Shown in pieces: positions 11,923-25,400 of a stretch of DNA of 64,000 nucleotides. How positions within the stretch are numbered: the first letter of the stretch is position 1; each line of letters starts with the position of its first letter. Below the pieces are notes generated by a model. It was not told where the DNA came from. It saw only the letters and a program-made list of their open reading frames with translations, and did no database searches. Origin of the DNA: Raillietiella orientalis. Its lineage: Eukaryota. The stretch covers positions 434,001 to 498,000 of the forward strand of contig JAYWIR010000060.1 of NCBI GenBank assembly GCA_036172245.1, given 5' to 3'. The position numbers and the translations under genes are program-made.

Positions 11923-14298
11923 TATTAAACAAGTCTACCACATTCAGGGCACTTCACACGCCAGTAACCGAAGTATCATACGCATTAAAGGAAATAGAAT
12001 TACCACACTTCTTAGCAGCCACAGAGTGATTTCTGTGTCGATTACCAGAAAAACCTCATAGATGTAGATTTCAGGAAAAGTATTACATACATATTAATGT
12101 ACTCAGCAGAGTTATTACTAAAAATTTGAATTTTTCTATCTATTTTTGAACGTACAAACATAGGCAATTAAAATAAGGCTTTCTAAATAGCTGAGATACG
12201 TTAAGTAACATGAATGCCGATAACTAATGAGGCAGACGTAAAAAGTAGGAATGATAATCCAAATGGAAGATAATTCAGTTACTTTATTGTTGCTGTGTCT
12301 GTATTCACATCGACACACTGCAGCTGATACGCATGAAGAAAGAAAAACAAGAACTAATAATGGTTACTAGTGTGCAAATAATCATGGACGTCTTTTCATA
12401 CCATTTTTCAGGTTAAGTGATTTTATTATTTTCTTGCATATTATCTTGTCAAAAGCTGATGTGAAAAAACGTTAAAACATATAGCAGTATCGATACTGAG
12501 AGCATTCTCAGAGATCAATCGAGACAAGCTTTTTATGAAGTCAATAAGATTTACTCTCTTAAATAAAATTTACGAAATGCTTTTTCCTCCTATAATCATT
12601 CAGTTTCATGATAATAATTCTGATTATATTATGCTCCTACAAATTTCTAAAATAATTTTTTTGGCATGACTATAAGCATGAAATCAAATTCAGGTATTTT
12701 TTTTTGGTTCTTGAAAATCATTCTTCCTTCCACTGAAATAACCATACGAAAATAGTATAAAATCAAGAATTAGTGATGTATGTATCGCATAATTTTTGTA
12801 TCACTGAACTATCCCATCGGAACGTTCACTGCCAAATAACTTTCTTGATAACTAAACAAGGTTAAACTAAAAACGGGCGCATCACAATCTCAAATGAGGA
12901 AATGAAATCCAGTAGTTAGTGTTTATAATTTGTATAAATTTTCTCATTGCAGCATGCACTGCATTTTTTTAGTTTTACTGTTTTCGACAAATAAACAATA
13001 TTCTTTTGTCACACTTGGGAATCTCATCGATATTATGGTGAATGAATATAGGCTACTTTCATTATCTAACGCATCAAAGAAAAAATGGAATTTAGTTTCA
13101 TCCTCTGTTCAGTGTTTTCCAAATTGCATGTTACTAGCGGATGCATGCACTTTAATTATTTTGGAATGATTCCTGACGTATAAAAAGTCGCATTGGAATG
13201 CATCTTGTATTTTTCTTTAATAAGATAATTCTATTCTTTCATTCATTGGCTCGCATTATAGATTACGAACTGCATAACATCAACATTTCTCTGAAAGCTG
13301 ATGAACTTTATTTATTTTTCACAAATGCTTTCGGACCACCACTCTTTTATCATCATTGAGGATGCATACTGGAACTTATATATGGAATGAAGACTACATA
13401 AGCATTATCCATAAGATATTTCTTCATGGAGTAGCAGTTGCCACCTCTAATTAGCTGATACATGGTCTTGCTGCTAAATCATGAGGAAATTAAATACTAG
13501 ATCTTGCTTTCAAATCTTTTTGTATGCCTGGTTCCAAAGCACACACATTTTTATGAGAATGGGAGAAGAATCCATTGAATTTACTGTCAACCTTTTCAGG
13601 GATAATAACTGAGTAGTTATTTTATTCTTAATGAATCATGAGATACGTTAAATTAGCTTGCATTTAAAACTGATTTGTTTCATATTAATAAATCGGAACA
13701 CACAAATTTAAGATGCGTATTTTCGAAATAATTGTTACATAGAATGCACAAATGCCATTCTTGACTGATACAGATTTTCGATTTAATCTTCAAGAGCTAT
13801 TTTGTAGCACTATCCGAGGCATCCTTACATAAAATAAGGATCTTCCCTCAAAAATTCTTGCATCTCAAAAATGCAAAATAATTCCATTATTCACCATCTG
13901 CTCATTTATTATTTAGATATGCCATGAAATGTTCCATTTAGAAGTTACACACTATAGGTATTCTGGTAATGCTGCACCACTCCTAATAAGAATATCGTCC
14001 AATCAACTTATAAGCCAAAACTTTGCAAGCAAGAAAAAAATCATCGCCCCTAAAATGTAGTACAAATGCAATACATTCTGTAACCGTAAGAATTCAAGTT
14101 TGGACAATCCATTAATAAAAATGCTATACGAATTTTTATTTGCAAGCTATCATATTTTTCTCATAGCTTTATTCTTAGTCACACTTTATAAGATTGGGAA
14201 CCACTGTTGGATAATGAGGAACTTCAGTTATTTCGAAGAAGTGAAGCTGCAAAATTTCTTTTAGGTGCAAGCGTATCTTCCTCATTAAATACGAGCAA

Positions 14299-16835
14299 TC
14301 AGTCTACTCTGATTGATGAATTAATTAGGGGATTCTTTTGAGAGCTAAAGCAAAAGCATAAATTCGAATTTGAAGAGAAATCATACCTGAAACTACTTGT
14401 GCTTACATCCAAGAAGCTTTCCAGATCTTTCACGTCCAGGGAAAAATGACACAACTGAAGACTTATGTCACCTTGTGAACAAGATAAAATCTTGACTGCT
14501 TCATCAGAAGAAACCTTATCTAAAAGATAGTAACTGCAAATCGTCATGTCTGCAACTTACATCTTTCAATGATGTTCCATTGATACTAAGAATAATATCA
14601 TTTACGAATACCTGATTTGCAGCATTAGCTATCAAACCTCCAGGAACTATTTCTGAAACCAGAATAGGAAGACCATATTCCTTACCACCCTGAAAGCAAA
14701 GAACTTTGATAGTTTTCAAAAGGCTTCATCATTTATCTCACCATAATTGAAATACCTAAACACTGATTATCTGTACGCTTTATGCACACAGTTCGTTCTG
14801 CTTGATTTTTTGAGGATACTTCATTTCCAGAATAAGAGATGAAAGCCTGAAGAGCATGAATCATAACTTTCTGACGATGAAGTGCAATCTCTGATTCAAG
14901 TTGATGCCATAGTCTTTGATGCTCTTCAGTATTGAGATTCTGATCAATTAGCTGGATCTGCTGAATCCTAATTGCAGGAACTGCATCCCTAGCTTTGAGT
15001 AGACAAATTCACCTGCCAACTAGCTCCCGATCCAAATATTTATGGACTAAACGGACACTCTGGACTTCACTTTGAAGCAGTAAGAGTTGTTTGCGAAGGT
15101 TGAAATTTTCCTTTTCCAAGATCTTTACTTCTTCTAGTAACTCATAATCAACAGCAGGAGCATCACACTGCACCTGTGTTTCTTCTTTCTAAGAAACATA
15201 TAGAAAGACCATACAAAAGCAACAGAAGAGAAACAAACAAGGTATCAACATGAGCATATCAGGCAATAGAGAATTTCAATTTTCACATCAAGAAGAATTC
15301 ATGAAAACACCTGAGAAAGAACAATTGACTCACACAAACACAATCAGCTAAGATGATTACAAAGCACAAAGGGATGGAAGCGAGGAGCATTACCAGTTTT
15401 GCAAGTATGCTTTCTGCACCAACATTTAGTCCAACTCGTGCTTGCAATTGACAAGACTGAAGCTCTACTAAGAGCTGGTTGAGCTCTTTTTCCACTGCCT
15501 TCTTGGATGATAAAGCCTTCACAAGATCATGTCTTTGACCTACTAGCTCAGCCTGAGAAATCAAAACAAGCCACTCAAATTATACACTACATACCTATGC
15601 TATTTAATTACAATGATTTTAATATGAATCATTATTTGATGAACTTTTTTTTTGCAAGTCTTGGTTGTTCACATAAAAAAGTAACTTTGTACCCTGAATA
15701 CTGAATGTATTAAATTTACAACTAATTTATATGCATAGGGGCAATAACCCAAAGTGATATGGACATTAGCTAGTGTTGCTATCCTAATTAATTTAAGTGT
15801 TTTCAGCAGTAATAAATGCTGCTTGTATAGATCTTAAAATGGATTATATTTATTACAAATCTAGACATTATCTGAAGGTCACTCTGAAACATTAACCTTA
15901 ATGCTATTCAGAAAGAATATACCTCTAGTTTTGCATTCTTTTGAACAAGCGTTTCTGCTTTGTGGAGTAACTGAGCAAAACAGGAGCTCAGACCAGTGAT
16001 CTTTTGTTGAATACATTCAAACAGTTGTTCCTCTTCGATACTTTCATCTAAAATGAAGCATTTCAAAACAACCATCTCCACAAGAAAACATGCATTGCAA
16101 ATGCCAAGCAAGCATAAACTTTTGGCAACCACTGCAAACTCTGGTGGCCATTTGGAACACAAACAGCTATTTGAATATACTTATTTTAATAATCAAGGTA
16201 TACTTGTGATTTGGGCTACAGGTGGCATTGGAACACTTGATTTACAAATATTTAGCTGATATATTTCGGTTTGCCTGATACAAATTCGGTGAAAACTAAT
16301 GTTGTTATTTTCCATATCTTAAAAACATTCTTATTGTTGTTGTGGCCGTTTTCTTGGGTTCAAAATTGGTGATAAATCTTGCTTCAATCTGGAGGAAGCA
16401 GTTCCAAAGATAGAAACGAAGAATGCAATTTACTGATCTCTCCGCAACAGACATAACAACGAGATGCTTTCTTTCTCAAATTTTCTCTTAATGTTTTGTA
16501 ACAAAAATACCTGGTAATGCTTTCTTTGGTGCAGGCAGTTAAATGATTGTCTAATGCTAAATAAATGGCATACAACCGCGACGAGAAGCAAAGCTTTAAA
16601 GTTTTGGATGATTTTCATCAATTACAGAACTTTGTGATCGAATTTAGCATTTCCTTACATCCAATGGTAAAACGCATTCAATTTTCAAAAATTGCATGCA
16701 ATCCTTCAAACAGCTTCACTACTCATTAGTAACTTTGGCATACTTACTTATCACAGTTTCTAAACTGAAATAAATTTTATCGAATTCGGCCTCTAAATTG
16801 TTTAAAGTACGAAAAATCATGACTGCAACTGACAT
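14299..16835 (-). CDS. GOPC: Golgi-associated PDZ and coiled-coil protein (GOPC/PIST/CAL); exons 16748-16835, 15923-16047, 15394-15552, 15013-15188, 14742-14967, 14561-14689, 14387-14514, 14299-14344
   Basis: MIFRTLNNLEAEFDK, QKITGLSSCFAQLLHKA, KYLDRELVGRIQQIQL and LWHQLESEIALHRQK coiled-coil motifs, then a PDZ domain (LGISIMGGKEYGLPILVSEI...DIILSING). All junctions GT-AG and frame-consistent. Confidence 0.92.
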
Positions 16836-17057
16836 AACTTGCAGGCGTATGCGTTCCTCAGCATTACATCAGTTCTCGTTAGTATTTTACATGCTTTGCA
16901 ATTCTCTCTGTACAGCATGTACAGCATACGACCCGACTTTCCTGCCGAAGCGGACAGCTAATCGAACTACACAAAAAAAAAAAGAAGTCCATCAATCAGG
17001 CGTGCATAAGTCCAAGGATGGGCTTGCTGTGGTGTTTATCTTTTAGGTGAAAATTTT

Positions 17058-17224
17058 CCCCATGGTACTGCGGGTCGCTCCATTGATCCGCAAGCGGCTG
17101 CGGATGCTGCGGCCTTCCGCGGTCCGCCCACGCAGCCGATAGGCGGGCGGACGTGCCCGCAGGCACTTTGTGGGGTCTCGTCGCCGCCGGGGGGACGTAG
17201 GGACTGCTGGCCTCCGGGATCCGA
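17058..17224. repeat. GC island ~220 bp upstream of the GOPC ATG; possible highly diverged copy of the dispersed element
   Basis: Starts ccccat..gggtc and ends tgctggcctccgggatccga, like ccccat..gggtc...tgcggccgcgtgatcccga of the 26730 copy; the middle is poorly alignable. Confidence 0.35.
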
Positions 17225-20200
17225 TGAGCTGGTGAAATCCTTCTTGAACCCCCGAAGCTCAATCGAAGACACTTCTCTATGTCTTCTTCTATGTTCTTGA
17301 ATTCTTTCTTCTCAGTATATTTTCGAGAAAAAATGGCTCCACCTTCGTCTCCTAGGTTACCTCGACGGAAGATACTTCTACTTCGACTCTTTTACGTCCA
17401 GTCCCCAGAGAAGATTCCTCTTTCTTTTTTCCTGCATTCGGGATTTGTGTGAGTCTATGAGTGTGTACGAAGCCAACGGAAACATCAGTCTATAATTCGC
17501 GTACACACATCTAAAAAATGACGTCCTGATAATAACGAGGGAGAAAGAAGAGAGGATCAACAACAATCCTTTTCATTTTTAGACTATGAAAACAAAGAAA
17601 CCCCGCAAATTTGGTACTTTCCTAGGTGTTCGGACTTCTCAGGCATTCACTGAAAGATATCCCCGGAAAACATCCACTTCCGGTAACGAGAATGAAGATT
17701 ATTTAGAAGAAAACGCGGAAAGTTTACAATTTAGAATTATTTGTCAGAAGGGAGTAAAAATAAAAGCGGAAGAAAGGTGAATTGTACGAAAATTCTGAGG
17801 AAGGGATACACAGCGGCGACTAGTTCTAAATGAGTGACACTGAGCAACAGAGCAGCATTGCAAATATTTTCCAAAAAGAAAAAGTGTTGGCTGCGACTCT
17901 TCAGTGGATTGCAGTCGGAATTCTGGGGGTCGCCGAAACTTTAATCAATTCCTTTTCGCCGAATTTCTTACGTAAATCGATTAAGTGATTCACTATGATG
18001 TTCTTTTTTTTTTTTTTTTTTTTTTCCATTCCAAGGGCTTTAGAATACTGCATGACATACGAGAATGCGTTCCGCAAATAAATTTTAAACGGTAATTCTC
18101 TTCAACTGAAAGAGATTTCAAGACACATTCAAGATGGAGATGAAGGGTCAATAAAATATGCTTCCAAAACAGGAGTCAGCGTTTAAAATGCAACGGAACT
18201 TTAGTGACTGCACGTTATAATATAGTCTACAGGAGATAATGTTAAGATCCAAAAATCTAGAGAAATACAAAGATCCGAAACGATCCAGGGTGCATCAATA
18301 GAAAAGGACTAGATTCATTTACTGCTTTTAAAAGTGGAATGTATCTAAGGATTTGGCAAATGAACTTTCAGGAGAGCTTCTTCCCATAAATGTATGGATG
18401 CAGATAATGGAGAAAAGATAAATCAGGAACAGCTTTCGAAGAAGAAAGCATTGTAAACAAAACACTAGAAGATCGAGGGAAAAAAAATCTGTGCCAATCT
18501 GTGCTACCATGTCATCATAAGGTAAGGGCTTATTAGATGTAGTCTGAGGTTTGACAAAACTACCCAATTAACATGATCTCCCATTTACCTTGCGGCCATA
18601 GAATCAATTAAGTCCTTTTCCCCATCTCTTGCGTAAGAGAGAGTATCTGATTCTATTAGTAGAATCAGATACAAAGTTTCAATCAGATACTGCATAGTTT
18701 GTTTTTGTAATTACTTTATAGATTCCAAATTTTCCCACTGAAGATACGTGTAGGCTCCACTCTTATGTTTAACGAGTTTAAGAAAGCATGCAGCAGCTAC
18801 GTAGTAAGCGCTCAAAGTGAAATAGGAACTAGAACTCAGTCCAGGGTTTCCAGTTTACCTAGAGTGCCATATACCTTATCGTAAGAATTTTGCATTCTCA
18901 ACTAAAGTGTTTGAGAATTTCCAATAAGAATGGGGTTTGAATGGCTCGCTATCGTTGAGAAAGGATGAATGACAAAACAGAAAATTCCAACCCCTGCTTT
19001 ACAAAATTATCGACAGTTTTCTTCTAAACCAGCTCCAACATGTGTGTACTTGGAGCATTGTCAAAGAATACAAACTGTATTTTCCCAACAAACATAGTAC
19101 CGACCTTGTCACATTCAAGTTCACGATGATTTTTGGTGTAGAGGAGACACAAATTACAAAATATTCTTTTGCTGATGGCAATCACTGTTTTCCCAATCAA
19201 AGTAGACACCTAAGAAGTTTTTCCAAGCAATTTGTATCCTAAATACTGGAAGAAGGCAGACGCCAAGGTTGCATACAATCCGGTGAAAGTATACACGAAG
19301 CACAAAGTGCCAACCTCCTATCGGGACACTTTTTGATGAAATACAGTGTACCTAGAGATTCAGATTTACAAGTGAAAACAAAAGTAAGTGAGACTCTGCG
19401 ATTCACATTAAAAATAACAGATAAACATAAGATGCTTTTGAGATCTCTTTTTTTTTGTTTTTTTGGAGTTATTTTTACACATTTTCACCCAATTTTGGAA
19501 AGGTCTCGACACTGACACGCTTTTTATCCAGAAGCTTTGAGATGGAGAACTATTACAGGCTGATTTTTCTTGCTCACCCTTTCTTTCTTCTTCATTCATG
19601 TGGATCTTTTAGTCTTTTGACTTCGCCACTATGTGCCATTTCAGAAACCGTCAGCAGGGATACCAAGATTTTCTTGGAAATGAAATGCAGATTATTTAGC
19701 AGTAAATTTGCGAAACAAATGAATATCTCCATGAAGAGTAACAAGAAACGTGAAATGTTGATAAGCATACGAGTGCACAAAGCATAATGCGAGAGGTACT
19801 GATTTAGTTTATTCTCCAAGAAGGGTGGTTTTTTAACATTCAAGCCTTCCACAGCTCAGGCAGAAGTCCAATGCCAAAGATGTTTGCTCTTTATACAATG
19901 GATGTCCGAAGTAGAGAAACGAATTTTTGAGCTTTTCCAAAACATGCGGGACACCTGATCTTAATGCAATTTTTAGAATGCGTGAGCCGAATATGTTCCC
20001 CAGCTTGTATACACATTGCTTGCAGAAGTGTTCATTCAAGATAGACACCCTGAATCATGAACTACGAATAGTCAGCAAAATTAGACGTACTCTTAATAGA
20101 TTTTGCGTGCTCATTGTACAGCGATGTACTGCATAGGTACAGAGACTAGGAAAAGAGCCGAGAACAGCACTCAAACTGTTCCTAACTATCAGTTAAGTTG

Positions 20201-22129
20201 GTCGAGCAGGTATTTCACGAATACAGTGCTCTCAGGTCTGAAAGAGAAATGAGATCATCTCCAGAAAGCAAGATGGTCCATTCAAAAAGAGATGCACATC
20301 TTACTGGCACTTTCAGACACGTCTGTGGGCGAGGAAGAGAAGCCACTAGCGCCTGCATCGATGTGTTGCTTAACGTTAAACTGGAGTCGAAGACGAAAGC
20401 GTCGTTGCCATTCCTCTGCATAAAGTGCAAATGACATAATGACATAACTTCACTTAAACTTCGAGAGAATTCAACAGCACTTGGCAATGCTGAGTCACAC
20501 GCGCCCATTGTCGTCCATTTTCAGGCGGAAAAAAAAAAAAATGCTGGAAAAAATGCGAAAGGAAAAATCCACCGGCTTTAAAACTGCATGTGGATAGTTC
20601 GCTGCAAGTAAAGAGATGTTACATAGGAGAGGACAATAAGAATGCCTCCAAGGTAAACAGAAGAAGATAGAAGATAAAGAATAATAGACACGATGATGTC
20701 ATGGAAAAGGAGTTCGTCAGGACAGTGTTAGATACGGAGGTAGTGGAGAGTGGAAGAGCTATCATTAAGGGATTCGTATGGGGAGACTCTCGTCATGATT
20801 ATGGATATACAAGGGGATCAAATATTAGGAAATTAGTATTCTAAATGCTGTAGATTTCAGATTGAGATGGACAGGGACGAGAATGATGGTTTGGCTGAAA
20901 ACTGAGCCTCCTTCCGCATCCCCAGTGAAGAAGACTGAGGCGGGTGGGAGCAAGCCGAGAAGATGTGTGGATGCCGGGATTTTTCACCTGGCGCGAGTCC
21001 CTTGCTGCCCCTCTAAGCAATCAAAAAACAGGTGCGTTAGCGAAGGAGGGAAGTCCATTGTAGAAAGAGCCGCGGACAGAAAGGGGGGGGGAGGGAAGGA
21101 GGAACTGCAGTTTGCTTCACGGAAGCTCAGGGGAACGAAACGATGAGAAGAGAGGGGGGAACGAGAAAGCTGACTTTTCCTTTTTATGCCACTTGCAATC
21201 TGCAAGCAAGGATCATGTGCATCCGGTTTCTTGCCGTCCGATTTCCGGAAAGCCCTGGATGCAGTCTCGAACCTCTCATGGGGAAGGGGAGGGGGGGGGG
21301 GGAGGAAACCCTGGGATCCCTTCTGCGGAAGAACCTGGCATCGGCGGGAGGAGGAGCTCTTCCAGCATCATTGCTTTTCGGAATCCCTGAAAAGGACGGT
21401 CCAAGCTCGGAGGGCTCTTTCGGATGCTCCGCTGGACCCCGGTCTTACCCCGAATGGGATGGGGTAAGTGGGAAGGAACAGCAGAAGAGATCCCCGAGCC
21501 TCAGGAAAGAGGGAGCAGAGAGAGCATGCGAATCGAAAGCGGAGGACCGGCGCGTCGTCCGGATCCGAAGAGGGAAGCACGCAGAACGCATGCGCGGTTC
21601 CCAAGCTGGGCGGAGGGCTGAGCTTGACTCCCCCCTCTCCCTTCCTCCAGAGTCAGCTGCGCCGGTTCCAGGCGAAGCACTCGCATCGATTCCCGGCGGA
21701 GCCTCCGGAGAAAGCCTCACCTCTGGCAAGGCGACCAGAGTGGGGTGCGCCCCACCCGTGGTCGCCCCCCTGTCTCGGGAAAGGAGCAAGAGACACCCCT
21801 GCCAAAGAGAGGTCTTGCGGGCCATCCTGTCTTGGGATCCCTGGGGATGCTCTTTGACTGCAGGTTTCCCCCCTTCCCAGTGGCGGGAGGAGCATTCCTG
21901 AGAGGGTTCTGGAACGAGGGAGGAAAAGTAGAGCAAGGCGCCGACGGGCGGGTATTCCCATTTGCCGGCGCCACTTCGGAGGCTTCCATCTTAGAGGAGG
22001 CGCCTCCGCCTCTCTCTCTTCCCCCATTTCACCCCTCCTCCCCTGCTGCGTCTCTGCCCGAAAGGTCGCGCGCAAGCGGTTCCATCCTATCCTCAACCAC
22101 TTGCTGTGCGTCTGGCGAGGGAGAGCTTT

Positions 22130-22270
22130 CGAAAAAGAGAAGGGGTGGAGAAGGAGAAGGAGGTGGAAGAAAGGAAGAGAGGGAAGAAACTTGGAGGAGA
22201 GGAAGGGGAAGGAGAGCAAGGCAGGGAGAAAAAGAAGGGAGGAGGAAGGAAGAAATAGGAGAGGAAGAAC
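22130..22270. repeat. Polypurine (GA) low-complexity tract
   Basis: Almost pure G/A run immediately 5' of a dispersed element copy. Confidence 0.85.
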
Positions 22271-22415
22271 AATGTGTGTGAGAGCCCCTAAATTTCGGCT
22301 CTAGCGGCCGCCGGCATCGCCAGTGGAAAAACCCTCCACCCCGCTCTCTTCCTCGGCCCCCTTGCTGGATCGGCGGCTCCTGGAGGAGATGTGCGGTCGC
22401 GGGATCCCGGCAGGG
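22267..22415. repeat. Dispersed GC-rich element, copy 3' of myosin VI
   Basis: Aligns over ~150 nt with 26730-26879; core 22357-22409 vs 26821-26873 is 49/53 identical. Confidence 0.85.
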
Positions 22416-22496
22416 GGTGGCGCGCGATTTCCTTTGCCTTGCTTCTATTTCGGTGGACTGTCTGGGTCTCGCCGCGCGGGAGTGGGGGTGGTCCGT

Positions 22497-25400
22497 TCAG
22501 GCGCAATTCGCGCCTCCTGGAGGCGCCCGGCGACCGCGCGTGGGGGTCGTGTATTCCCCGCCTCCGTGCTTCTTCCACTCCTGGATGAATTCCCGCTCCA
22601 GGATCTCGGCTCCCCGCTTGCGGGCTAGGCCCGTCTCCTCCAGGCTCAGCTCGCACATCTGAATGTCGTCCCTTCCTACAGCCTCCTCTCTGCTGAGGGG
22701 CGACACAGGGAGGAGGGAAAGGAGCGAGGCGCTCACCCGCGACCAGCAGCACGGGCGCGCGGTCTGGATGCAGCTCCATCTGCCTCGCGATCCAGGGGCC
22801 GTCGAAGTGGGAGTACCACCATCCCCTGGGGGCCGTCGCGCCCCTGTCCGCATGGCGGACGAAGGGGATGCGGAAGTACCGCTGCTGCCCGATGGAGGAT
22901 CCGGGGTCGCAGAGTTGCCCGGCGGCGTTCCTGGCTGAGACGGGGCCGCGGTCAGGGTGGAGGCTGCAGGGATGCTCACCGGAGTCGAGGACCGCCTGCG
23001 GGGCACGGTCGGCGTCCCACCCGTCCTTCCGGGACTTGTTCTCGGCTTTCCACTCGTGGTACGCCTTTAGGCGGCGGTGGAACTCTTCCCGGCAAGCCTT
23101 TTGGGAGCGGAGAGTGGGCACGGCCCTACTCTTTAGCGCACAGACCTCTAGCAGGTCCAGGTCGCACGATGTGTTGATGGTATCCCGCAGCTCGGCGTAC
23201 TTCCAGGTGGAGAGGTCGAACGGCCTGCGCTGGAGCCGCCCTCCCTCAGGCGGAGGCTCGAAGACGCCCCCGTCCGCGGCGCGCGGACCTCGTCTGTCCG
23301 CCGTCACCCAGTCACCGCCGCGGCGGTCGCCTTCACTCTGGAAGAGGAGCGGTGGCGCCGCGGTCCTCGACCGTGACCGCCGCCTCACCGTCTCGCCGCC
23401 GCCCTCCGCCTCGGACGAGGCTACGGCGCTGCTGCGGTCTCCGCGCTGCTTCTCCTCTTCCAGCCTCCTCCTCCTGGCTTCCATATCCATCCTCCTGAGG
23501 AACGCTCGTTGACTCCTCCGTCGCCCTCGCTGACCCCGTCTCACTGCAGACGCTCCGCCGCTTCCCTCTTCTTCCGCGCTTCCTCCTCCTCCATCCTCTC
23601 CTTCCCGCGCTCCAGCTCCTCCTGGATCTTCTCGAGACGCACCCGCTCCTCGACTGCCCTCTGCCGGTCCAGGGAGACGTTCAGCTCCTGGAGGACGTCG
23701 CCCGCTTCCCGGACGAGCGCGGAGACCTCCCGATCCGCGTCGTCGGCGCGCACGAGCTCGGCGTCCTGGCACGGCAGAGGGACGTCCCTCCTCCTCCTCC
23801 TCCTCCCCGCCCACTCACCCGTAGGCGGTAGATTTCGCGGTGGACCGCGTCGGTCAGCGCCCTCACCCGGTTCAGGTGGCGGGCTGCCTCCCCGGGCGGC
23901 AGCTCCGAGGCGCCAGACTCGAGGCAGGCAAGGTTGTCCTGGGCGGAAGGGTAAGGGTAAGGCAGGGACCTCCAGGAAGGCGGTCTACCTACCCGCAGGG
24001 CCTTCAGCCGCAGGATGCCGAGGTAGCGGGGCCGGAACCTCCTCTGCGCCAAAAGCCTTCTTACGTTTCTCTGGAGCAGCACGAGGTTGCTGCGCCGGTA
24101 GGCGATCTTGTTGCGCACTGGAAGGCGCCGTCCAGGACAACCAGGACCGAGCTCTCCTCCGGATCTCCCGCCCCCCCACCCCTCCTACCCACCCACGTAA
24201 GAGGAGCAGGAGGAAACTCACGCTTGATGGCCGCCAGGACGCACCACTGGCACCTGCGCCAGCGCGAGCGCAGCAACCACCTCCGGGCGCGCGCCACCAG
24301 CCCTCGCAGGTGCTCCGGGTCATCGCGCAACATCTGGTCAAACTCGGCAAACTTGCCGGCGCGGAAGAAGGCCCTGCTGGTGCCGAACCGGAAGTCCCCG
24401 CTGCGCAGGCCCAGAGCGTGGAAGAGGACCTGGAAGAGGGACGTGGAGTGGCGTAGTGTCGGCGTCGGAGCGCAGGGGCGAGACACGCACCTTGCAGAAG
24501 GAGCGCGCATCCAGGCTTGCTAGGGAGTCCGGGAGCCGCAGGTGCCGGTACCGCTCGTGCAGGTCCCGGAAGGGGGTCCGGGAGGGGTACCCTTCGTTCA
24601 TCAGCTCCATGACGCTGTTCATCCCGAAGCAGCGCAGCTGAGAGAGGATGCCGACCGCGTGGAAGTCGCCAGCGGACATGGCGGCGTTGGGTTTGATGCA
24701 CCGCACGAAGCTCGTGCCCTGAAAATGGGGCGACGGGGAGTGAGGTCGGAGGGATGGGAGGAAGAGCCCTTACGGTGCCCCGTAGCCTAGTTAGGAGGTC
24801 TTCCAGCTGACCCCGGAACTGGGAAATGACGCTCACGAAGCTTAGCTTCCCCGGGGACGTCGCCGGGGTCTCCAGGCGGCTGCTCTCGAAGATTCCACGC
24901 ACGAACGACTTCCGGGACGTCTCCCGGACGAGGGCCTCCAGGGACGCGTGCAGGGCGTCGCCGTTCTTCTCCAGGAAGTGCCTCTGGATGGAGGCGGCGG
25001 GGTAAAAGGGGGTAACCGCGTCCTGCTCCTCTGCTCACTGTCTCGTAGCAGACGTCTCCAGCGAAGTGGCGGACGACGAACCCCTCCGCGTCGCGCATCT
25101 CGCGGTGCTCCCTGACCTTGGACGCCCGGGGCAGTGCGATCCGAGGGTGGTCGCGGTGCCTGGAGTGAGCAGCGAGGGTGAAGCGCTGCGCGTCCGGGCG
25201 TGGCAGCTTGGCCTCCTCGTTCAGCAGCTCCACAAGGCCGGCGTCCTTGCCCTCGATGAGCTCTGCGAGGGAGACGGACGCCCGAGATCGCGGGGAGCGC
25301 GCACTACCCTGGCCTCACCGATGCAGTCCTGGTTGTCCTCGTAGCCAATCCTGCCGACCCCCAGGCCTTCCTTCTCGTACAGGACCTGCTCATCCCGGAG

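Noticed and set aside
17217..17240. ccgatgag-ctggt-gaaa resembling a hammerhead ribozyme core
   Set aside because: The core is CCGATGA rather than CTGATGA and there is no helix I.
17300..20800. Possible gene between GOPC and myosin VI (scattered donors/acceptors, 60-110 aa ORFs, open exon-like 18589-18689)
   Set aside because: I could not assemble a frame-consistent model or recognise a family on either strand; unresolved rather than excluded.
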